A program made the position numbers and the translations under genes. The notes below the pieces were generated by a model. The model was not told where the DNA came from, ran no database searches, and saw nothing but the letters and a program-made list of their open reading frames with translations. This document shows positions 14,094 through 22,827 of a DNA stretch of 64,000 nucleotides, piece by piece (positions within the stretch are counted from its first letter, which is position 1; the number at the start of each line of letters is the position of its first letter). Location of the stretch: NCBI RefSeq assembly GCF_963676685.1, contig NC_092348.1:89652001-89716000 (forward strand), written 5' to 3'. The DNA is from Mytilus edulis (Eukaryota).

Positions 14094-14524
14094 AGTAGTA
14101 TGAAATGGGGTCAGTCACCCACCAAAAACCCACCGGAAGCCACGTCACAGCTAATCCTCTTAACTATGACGTTAAATCCGGTCTATAATCTCTTAATCCT
14201 CTTAACTGCTACTTAACATCCGGGTTATAATCCTCTTAACTGAAGTGGGTTAATCTCTTAATCCTCTTAACTGCTACTTAACATCCTGGTTCTAATCTTC
14301 TTAACTGAAGTGGATTAATCTCCTAATCCTCTTAACTGCTACTTAACATCCTGGTTATAATCCTCTTAACTGAAGTGGATTAATCTCTTAATCTTCTTAA
14401 CTTGTACTTAACATCCTGGTTAAAATCCGGTGGGGGGAAAAATTAACGGACATGTTTTTTAATCCCCCCTACCCTCCTACGTATTATCTTGTAAACGTGG
14501 CATACACGTTGAGACATGCACGTT
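14094..14524 (+). repeat. Polinton left TIR with internal 65-bp tandem repeat
   Basis: Reverse complement of ~26784-27215 with few mismatches. Repeat units start at 14186, 14251, 14316 and 14381. Confidence 0.95.
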
Positions 14525-14639
14525 AACATCCTAAAGTTTAATCTTGTAAACGTATAATCTAAATGTAAAAAGTTTATAAACTAAGAAAAACGTTTACTAT
14601 ATAGCATACATCATTAGTAATTTCATAAGAACAAACAGT

Positions 14640-15248
14640 ATGAATCTCCAAAATTTTAATATGTATACACTTTTAAGAGAAAGAGAACTAACAGGGAAGA
14701 TCAGACGATCACGAAGAGGTCCCAAAAAGACTGCAAATTTGATAAGGAACAGGGTTGATAAACTTCATCATGAAGAACTATCTCGGTGTCCAGTAGAAAC
14801 ATGGCTTCTGAAAAACGGTTACATTGTTTGTATTCTATACAACTTTGAACACCACCCAGAGTTTATTGAAGATCTATATTTTTGTGGATGTTACTTTGAT
14901 GCAGTGTTAGCAGACTACAAGTTTATGGATCCTGTCAACTACCAATAAGAAAAAAATCCATGTATATCATTGACATGTGTACAACGGTCCTTTTAAGGAC
15001 CAACAAATCATTCAAAAAGAGTCTATTATTGTTGTACATGATCAGTTCGTTTTTCTTCTCCGACGAATATGAAATATCTACAAAAGGTTCACAACTTGTT
15101 TATTTTCGAAGAAAAGAAAACTAGATTGTATATTTTATTACTTTCAATTGATAAACATACATTATTTCAACTAAAACAACAATATGATAACAAAAGTTTT
15201 CATATTGAACATTGGAAATTACATCTTCTTAATGAAATTCTACTATAA
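14640..15248 (+). pseudogene. Polinton accessory gene of unknown function, probably frameshifted
   Basis: 102-aa ORF 14640-14948. Coding-like frames continue after apparent shifts near 14943 (IRKKSMYIIDMC..) and ~15110, ending at TAA 15248. Confidence 0.5.
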
Positions 15249-15304
15249 AATATAGACATATATATATATTTTGTGTATTTAAAAAAAAATATATTTCGAG
15301 TTAA

Positions 15305-15536
15305 GATGTCAGAGAGGATGAGCACAGAAAACCTTCAAACAAAGTGGTGTTTTTTCGGACAGAATGTACCAAAAGCAGAGATCGTGTATTTTTGTCAGAT
15401 GATAATAGTCTTCATAATTGTTATTGCGGCAGTTGTTAATTTATCAACACAAAATGGGAGTATAGAACTATGGGTTAGTTTATTAAGTGGTTGTACTGGT
15501 TACATTTTACCAAACCCTTCTATAAATAAAATATAA
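15305..15536 (+). CDS. Small two-helix membrane protein of a type seen in Polintons
   Basis: EIVYFCQMIIVFIIVIAAVVNLS and LWVSLLSGCTGYILPNP hydrophobic segments; first ATG at about 15305. Confidence 0.7.
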
Positions 15537-15964
15537 ATGAGATTCACATAAAAAGAAGGGAGGAAAAAAAGTATTCGAGTAACCCTCCTTCTAACCACGT
15601 GACCGAAACGTTCACCATACGTTTCGTTTATCTCTTAATGAATCATCATGAACAATTTAAGCCGCTACCACAACTATAAAAGCACACAGTTATATCAATG
15701 GCACAGGCACAGGTTGATTTATCCAAATAGGTGTACGGTTGTGACTTTGATCACTTGCATACTGATTTATTCAAGAAACAGATCGAGTGTTTAATTGATG
15801 AAACAACAAAAGTGGTGGTGAAGAAAAGAGAAAACATACTCGAATACAGCTTGTTGTTAAAGGGGAAAAGATTCCGATCACTAAAGAAAATTGGACGAAA
15901 CTGTGTTATCTAAAGGACAGCATCTTATTTTTTCATTCATTTATAGACGAACACTGATAGTACA

Positions 15965-16371
15965 ATGGTGGCAATTAAAGTTGGTATGGAAAAAAGACTT
16001 CTTTCAACTATATTACTGTTTTCTTTTGCTGAATTATTGGATGAAATGGTGCAACAATTATCAAAGAAGTTTTGTCAGGGATGCAAAGTGGAACATGGAT
16101 CACAACATAGACACACGAATGTTTGATGGATAGTGAACTAGATAAACTCGAAAAACATTTTGATCAGGCGTTCTGCGAGTTTAAATACAGTCACATACTA
16201 GGAAAATACAGAGAGAATGTGAGAACATTGACCTTGGAAAATAGTGTCGTTTTAAACTTTTTCATTCTTCATGTTTTGTTCATGGACACGCTCCGATCAG
16301 AAAAAATGAAAGTGAGTGTTTATAATTTAATGGAAAGGAAATTAAAACTTGAAGGACGTTTCACACAGTAA
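15965..16371 (+). pseudogene. Polinton accessory protein with CxGC..HxSQxxHxC motif (frameshifted)
   Basis: MVAIKVG..KKFCQGCKVEHGSQHRH, then an extra AC in ACACAC at ~16112, resuming ECLMDSELDKL..GRFTQ. A possible splice acceptor at 15947 suggests an upstream exon. Confidence 0.6.
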
Positions 16372-16499
16372 TATTGTATTTTGTGTAAATATATGTATAT
16401 TTCATTGAATAAATTTATATTGATGTGGAATTTTTTGTTGTGTATTTATTTTCTGGTAAAGATACAAAATGTTATATCATTTCATTAGTTTTCGTATTC

Positions 16500-16692
16500 A
16501 TTCGTATATTTCCGTATGTATATATATTTCCGGTAGTATTCGGAAACATTCGTTTATTTCCGAATGTATAATTATTTCCGGTAGTAGTCGGAAACATTCG
16601 TTTATTTCCGAATGTAAAGTAATTTCCGATCATTTCCGGAATCGTTCGTTGATATCTGCTTTTTCATTCCGGAATTATTGGGTTGATTCCGT
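16500..16692. repeat. ~45-bp tandem repeat rich in TTCCG/CGGAA inside the Polinton
   Basis: TATTTCCGGTAGTATTCGGAAACATTCGTTTATTTCCGAATGTA twice, plus degenerate copies. Confidence 0.75.
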
Positions 16693-16947
16693 ATTTTACT
16701 TCATTGGTTGCATTTTATTGTGTACTTCATTTCTTTTTTCTGGTTATGTATTTTGTTTCTTTTTTTTCTTGATGGTGATTTATTTTGATTCTTGTTTCAC
16801 TCTCTGGTGGTATATTTATTTGTCAAATAAAATAAACCAAAATAATTAGAAACATCAGTGTATAAAACAAACACATATCTCGAAAAATAAACACAACGAC
16901 ATGAAGACAATTAAGGTGTAGACAACAAACAAACAAACAAAAAAACA

Positions 16948-17613
16948 ATGTGTGAAGACCAGGAGAAAGTGCTTTTACCATTTCAGTCACCGTGTTGTAT
17001 ACAAATAGTTGGACCTACTCAGTCAGGAAAAACCATGCTTACATATAAAATACTAGCTCAATCTAAATACCTATTTACAAAAACACCAAAGAAAACCATT
17101 TATTGCTACTCTGCATATCAGGATTTGTTTTCAGAGATGGAGAGGAAAATTGAAAACATAACTTTTCACGAAGGGTTACCAACTAGTGAGGAAATTGATA
17201 AATGGTCAGAAAATAAAGAACATATGATTCTTTGTCTTGATGATTTATTGTGTCAAGCTGCAAACTCTAGTGATGTTTTAAACCTTTTTACCGTTAAATC
17301 TCATCATTGTAACATATCAGTTTTGTTTTTGATGCAAAATATTTTCCCTCCTGGAAAATGCATTCGTACTATTTCGTTAAATGCGACATACATAATCTGT
17401 CTTAAAAACCAACGTGACAAACACCAGTTATCAGTATTAGGAAGGCAGATTCTCCCAGGTCAATTAGACTATTTCATGTCAGCTTATGAAAAGGCAGTTT
17501 CTTTAATATATGGATATATTATTATTGATTTGTCAACACACACAGATAAAAAATATTTATTGAGAACAAACATTTTCAAAGGAGAAGATCCAGTAATTTT
17601 CGTTCCGAAATGA
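16948..17613 (+). CDS. Genome-packaging ATPase (A32/FtsK-HerA family)
   Basis: Walker A GPTQSGKT, Walker B LCLDD, SHHCNISVLFLMQN, RTISLNATYI; intact 221 aa. Confidence 0.93.
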   Translation: MCEDQEKVLLPFQSPCCIQIVGPTQSGKTMLTYKILAQSKYLFTKTPKKTIYCYSAYQDLFSEMERKIENITFHEGLPTSEEIDKWSENKEHMILCLDDLLCQAANSSDVLNLFTVKSHHCNISVLFLMQNIFPPGKCIRTISLNATYIICLKNQRDKHQLSVLGRQILPGQLDYFMSAYEKAVSLIYGYIIIDLSTHTDKKYLLRTNIFKGEDPVIFVPK

Positions 17614-17924
17614 GTAAACAAGTTTTAGCCCATGTACATTTTTTATCACTTTTAATTTCATGTGAGGAAGAACAGAAAATTGCATTGTTGAAGACCATGA
17701 ACGATAAACAATTTCAACTTTTAGTTGAATGTTTTTTAAATGTGTTATGTGGGGTATTTCAGCTTAGTCAATCAGATAAAAAGAAACTCATGAGATATAA
17801 AAACATTATTCGGAAAATAACAGATAGAGAGACAACACGTATTCTAAGAAAAAAATTGTTACTTAAATATCGTAACATTATTTCTATCATTGTTAAACCA
17901 ATACTTGATACAATTTCAAAATGA
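17610..17924 (+). CDS. Basic conserved Polinton protein (putative virion core protein)
   Basis: ECFLNVLCG..LSQSDKKKLMRYKNIIRKI pattern; ATGA overlap with the ATPase stop. Confidence 0.7.
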   Translation: MSKQVLAHVHFLSLLISCEEEQKIALLKTMNDKQFQLLVECFLNVLCGVFQLSQSDKKKLMRYKNIIRKITDRETTRILRKKLLLKYRNIISIIVKPILDTISK

Positions 17925-18514
17925 CGAAAGAAATGATTCTTCTGCCAAAACATAGATATGAAAGTATAATACGAACAGAAAACAATGAAAGCGATAAACA
18001 AACTAGTGCTAAGGAAGAAATTTCACCCCGGGAGGATATTAAAACAGAAAAAGATAGTTCAGATGATTTGAACACTTTGATCGAGCTGACCATACCAGTG
18101 AAATACAGAGAAAAGGCAAAAACACTATTGCAATTTCTTCAGAGTCAGTCTACAATAAGTTGGAACAAACATGGAAAAGTTAAGATCAACAACGAAACTG
18201 TACCAAACTCTCATATTGTTGACTTATTGCGGGATGTTGTCATTCCTTATGGATGCAAACAACTACCAAGTGGACATGAAATATTTTATGATTTTCTTAA
18301 AAATATTCACATACCTATGGGACTAATTTCAAATAGAATGAGAAAACAACTGGTTCAATCTGATATACAAACAACAGAGGAAAATGAACAATTAGCTGAA
18401 AGTGAACCAGAGAAAAATAAGAAGAGGAAGATTAATAAACTTTTTGTTAGGAGGGAACTCTCGAGACTGTTTGAAGAAAAACCTAAACTAAAATGGAAAA
18501 GATTCAAACTATAG
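17921..18514 (+). CDS. Conserved Polinton protein of unknown function
   Basis: ISWNKHGKVKINNETVPNSHIVDLLRD..PSGHEIF..IPMGLISN..LKWKRF pattern; ATGA overlap with the previous stop. Confidence 0.72.
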   Translation: MTKEMILLPKHRYESIIRTENNESDKQTSAKEEISPREDIKTEKDSSDDLNTLIELTIPVKYREKAKTLLQFLQSQSTISWNKHGKVKINNETVPNSHIVDLLRDVVIPYGCKQLPSGHEIFYDFLKNIHIPMGLISNRMRKQLVQSDIQTTEENEQLAESEPEKNKKRKINKLFVRRELSRLFEEKPKLKWKRFKL

Positions 18515-18898
18515 CATCATAACTAATGAACAATTGATAAAATATGTTATTTTCTATGTCAAAATAAAGATGGATAAAAAAGTGTTTTTTGGTTTTTCTT
18601 TTAATTTTATTTCCATGTTACAATCTAAAAACTAACTTGAGTTGTTCCATATACTTTAATGTAAAAAATAAATCATAAAAAAAACAGCAGAAAAAAACAA
18701 TAAAAAAAAAACAACAACAAAAATACTTTCAATGTACAAAAAAACCATAATATATATTTATTTTTCATTTTCAGGTACAACCCCAATATTATACACTTTG
18801 ATTTGATAAAAAAAAACCTATAAAAACTATTCTTATGATTACTTTTAATAAGACTCTTGTAGTTGTTAGAAGTAACATCTTATCAAAATAACCTGAGT

Positions 18899-20037
18899 AT
18901 GAATGAGGAACTAGATTCTCTCCTGAGTAAATACTATTATGACGTTGGAGGACCAGCTTCATATGCTTCTGCCCCGAAAAACTATATCACATTGTAAATG
19001 CAGAGGGCAAAAGAGTTGGAAGATATAAAATAAGACGGTGGTTAAATTCACAAGATAATTACAGTTTACAAAAAACACCTCGTCGTTCTTTTAAAAGAAT
19101 AAGAGTTTACACAACGGGGATGAATAATTTGTGGGATGCTGATTTAATGGACCTAAAACAATTTTCAAAAGAAAATGAAAATTTCAAATACGTATTAGTT
19201 GTTGTTGATTGTTTTTCACGCTATCTTTGGTTACAACCATTGAAAAATAAAACGGGAGACGAAGTCACCTCTGCATTTAAAAAGATTTTCACTGAGGTAA
19301 AACCAGAAAAAATTCGAACAGATAAGGGACAAGAATTTCTAGCAAAAAAGACACAATCGTTATTTAAAAGTAACGGTGTCCGACATTTTTCGGCTCAAAA
19401 TGAACTTCATGCAAATTATGCTGAAAGGGTCCTACAAACTATAAAGAATAAAATTTTTCGCTTTTTCACAAAGAATAGAACTCACAGATATATTAACAAC
19501 TTGCAAAATTTTGCAAAAAGCTATAATGGTACTCCACATAGAAGTTTACAAAACATTGCACCTAAAGATGTTAATTCTGTCAACGAAAGTGATATCTGGG
19601 GGAAAATGTATTTAAGTAAAACAGAGAAGAAACCAAAAGAAATAAAAGTACAAACAAACAAAAAGAAACGGAGGAAAAAACAATTCAAATACAAAATTGG
19701 GTCTTTAGTTCGACTGTCAAATATTGCTCATATTTTTGATCGATCCTACAGCCAAAGATGGACGGAAGAGATATTCAAAGTGGTGCAAAGATTCAGACAA
19801 CAAAATATTGATCTTTACAGGCTTTCAAATATAAAAGGAGATGAATTTATAAGGGGGACCTTTTATGATAGTGAGCTCCAAAGAGTAGAGAAAGATGAAA
19901 ATAGTCTTTGGATAATTGAAAAAATTATAAAGAAAAGAAAAAGACGAGGAAAAACTGAGTACTTGGTTCGTTTTCAAGGGTGGCCTCCTTCGTATGACGA
20001 ATACATACCAGCAGAACAAATTCAATCTTTATCATAA
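18899..20037 (+). CDS. Retroviral-type (RVE) integrase with C-terminal chromodomain; 1-nt frameshift near the 5' end
   Basis: DDE motifs WDADLMD, RTDKGQEF, YAERV. Chromodomain IEKIIKKR..EYLVRFQGWPPSYDEYIP. The N-terminus MNEELDSLLSKYYYDVGGPASYASA(P) from ATG 18899 joins EKLYHIV.. only through a shift at GCCCCG 18971-18976. Confidence 0.93.
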
Positions 20038-20462
20038 TGGAACATATAATTTTCATTCGAAGTGATCAATCAGATGCATATTACCCTAATAATTCACCGT
20101 TCAAGTTCAAAGTGTGTTTAAATGAAGTTTTACAATTACAAGGTGAATGGAAACTGGGAATATTAGATTTTTACATTGATCAAAAAGTTACAAAAAAGAA
20201 CAATCATCAATTATACTTGTTTTGTGATGTATGCAGTGGAGTAAATGTTTTCCCTAATATACAATATTCACTTTTGAGAAGAATATTTCCCACGGATATG
20301 AGTACATGGAATTATATTTTTTCTTTTCCAATATATTTACCAGTAAAGAAAAACGAAATTCAAGTCTTAGAATTTCTTATAAAAGACGAACACGGAGAAA
20401 ACGCTTCATTTTTGAAGAATAATTTGTCGTTTACACTACAATTTATACCAAGCTTATTTTAG
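20037..20462 (+). CDS. Minor capsid (penton-like, single jelly-roll) protein
   Basis: SDQSDAYYPNNSPFKFKVCL..LQGEWKLGI, LYLFCD, SLLRRI, YLPV..IKDEHGE pattern; positioned directly after the integrase. Confidence 0.8.
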   Translation: MEHIIFIRSDQSDAYYPNNSPFKFKVCLNEVLQLQGEWKLGILDFYIDQKVTKKNNHQLYLFCDVCSGVNVFPNIQYSLLRRIFPTDMSTWNYIFSFPIYLPVKKNEIQVLEFLIKDEHGENASFLKNNLSFTLQFIPSLF

Positions 20463-20469
20463 CGCAGAT

Positions 20470-20865
20470 ATGACAAATACTGATAAAATGTACATTCCTA
20501 ATGTTAATCAATGGACAAGATATTATCAGAATGTAGTTAGTGGTCAATCAAATGCTTACGTAAATCATATGAAATCTGGATATAACAAAGGATCGCAATC
20601 GGGATCATTTATGATACCAATTTCGAATAAATCTTATCCAATTCGTGTAGAAAAAGAAAACAATTTTGTTGTGCGTTTAGTGTCACCTAGTGAACAAATT
20701 GTAAATCAAGCAAAAGAAGAGATAAAAATTGACGATGAGAGTATAAATAAAACGGACAGAAAGAGAAAATATCATCATTCGCCACAAAGCAGAGGAGGTG
20801 AAAAGAAGCCGAAGAAATCGAAAATAACTGTTAAAAAACATAAAAGGGATATATTTTCAACATAA
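20470..20865 (+). CDS. Polinton protein with basic C-terminus (putative core protein)
   Basis: YIPNVNQWTRYY, VRLVSPSEQIVNQAKEE, K/R-rich tail; TAATG overlap with the MCP start. Confidence 0.7.
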   Translation: MTNTDKMYIPNVNQWTRYYQNVVSGQSNAYVNHMKSGYNKGSQSGSFMIPISNKSYPIRVEKENNFVVRLVSPSEQIVNQAKEEIKIDDESINKTDRKRKYHHSPQSRGGEKKPKKSKITVKKHKRDIFST

Positions 20866-22171
20866 TGTCCTTGTTAACAAAAGAGAATTTTATTGAAGCA
20901 CAACCGTCAGAGTTTTTGAGATACCCCCATACCAAGTAGGTGTTGAAAGTATAACATACGAGGAATGCAGACCTGTTAGTCAAATAACTGCTTACAATCC
21001 TATAGAATTCGATCTATGTGCAAACAATGGTATGGACTATATTGATCTTAAAAGATCAAAACTATACGTGAAATTAAAAGTGAAAAAAGCAAATGGTGAG
21101 GATTTACAAGATGGCGATACGGTAGGACCTGTGAACTTATTTTTACAGTCGCTTTGGTCGCAATTGGATGTGTATATACAAGGACAAATGGTAACGTCTA
21201 GTAATACGTATTACCCGTATAAATGTATGATGAAAACGTTACTGCAGTATGGCCAGGACGCAAAGAGTACACAATTATCTTCTAGTCTATACTTAAAAGA
21301 TAGATATGGACACATGGATGAAATATCGACTAACACTGGACTGTATGAACGCAGAAAATTTATTTCTAATTCGAAAACATTAGAAATAGAGGGACCAATT
21401 TTTTCCGATATATTTGAGATGGATAGATACCTGCTAAATATGTTATTCCTTAAACTAAAACTATACCGCAACGATGCAAGTTTTTGTTTGATGTCTGGAG
21501 AAATTGATACCAACTATCATATTTCTTTGGAAGATGTCGTGATCAAGCTTTGCAAGATCAGACCTAACCCAGCTATAATTGTCGCTCATTCAGAAGCTTT
21601 AAAGACAACAAATGCTAAGTATCCTTTCACAAAAACCATGATGAAAAATTTTACAATCATGCAAGGAAGCACCTCTTTAATCGTAGAAAATGTTTTCCAA
21701 GATGTGAAACCAAAAAGTATTGTGCTTGGATTGGTTTCTTCAACTGCTATGTCTGGAGCATATACAAAAAACCCATTCAACTTTATGAATTATGATTTAA
21801 AACAAGTGACTCTGTTTTGTGACGGAATACCAGTTGATGGCATACCACTCAAACTTGATTTCAACGAGAATAGTGGTGCAACGAACGTTTCTCCTTATGT
21901 AAAAATGTTCGAAACACGAGGAAAGTGGTTGTTGGATACGGGGAATGAAATAACAAGGGCTGAATTCAACAATGGATATACGCTTCTATGCTTCAACTTA
22001 GAACCATTCTTTTCGGATACCAAATATCTTTCACTACTGAAGCAGGGAAAAATACGCTTGGAATGTCAGTTCGGTACGCCATTAACAGAAACAGCTGCCT
22101 TACTGATTTTAGCTGAAAATTATGGATACTTTGAAATAACTGAGAATCGACAAATAAAGATTGAACACTAA
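20865..22171 (+). CDS. Major capsid protein (double jelly-roll, hexon-like); frameshift near the 5' end
   Basis: MSLLTKENFIEAQPSE, then a shift near 20913 to FEIPPYQVGVE..CRPVS..PIEF..DYIDL. Further motifs NLFLQSLWSQLDV, YYPYK, KNPFNF, GYTLLCFNL. Confidence 0.9.
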
Positions 22172-22827
22172 CATTTCAATGTAAATTGAATTTATCATGA
22201 CTATAACTGTTTGTTATTATTGTGTAGATCTAAAAAAAATTATAATGTGTGCTTTACTAATAAATATATTCAAATAAACGAAAACAAACAACTGCGTTCA
22301 TTGATACATTATGTTTTATTTCAATCAGACAGGATGCAAAAAAAAAAACAGGAATAAAGAAAATATATATGTAAAAATACAATACATGAAAAAAGTAACC
22401 CAATTACCCTCAAACATACTAACGAAAACTATATACAATAAGTTTTAATAAAAAATATGATGCATCTACAATCTCCCTCACTATATGTAAAAATCATATT
22501 TAAATCACCACAAATTTTGATATACAAAAAAAATCCCCACTTCGTTCTCTTGTTATAAATACAAAAAGAAAAAACAAAACAAAACAAAACAAAACAAACA
22601 AAACCCCCAAAAAAATTAATGAATATTTAAATTTATAATTAAATACATATAAACAATAACCCTCAAATGAACAAATAATAACATCCCTCACTATATGTTA
22701 AATTAGTATTTAAATCACCACAAATCTTGATTTAGAAAAAAAAATTCAACAAAATAATATCACAAATACGAAATAGTTATAACAAATAAGAATTGAAATG
22801 TCTTTAAACGTTTTACATGATGAATGT

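Noticed and set aside
14186-14420. Regularly spaced repeats resembling a CRISPR array
   Set aside because: The units are contiguous with no unique spacers, lie within Polinton TIRs in a eukaryotic genome, and no cas genes are present.
16469-16849. 126-aa hydrophobic plus-strand ORF
   Set aside because: It arises from a T-rich tandem repeat, and its composition is opposite to the neighbouring plus-strand genes.
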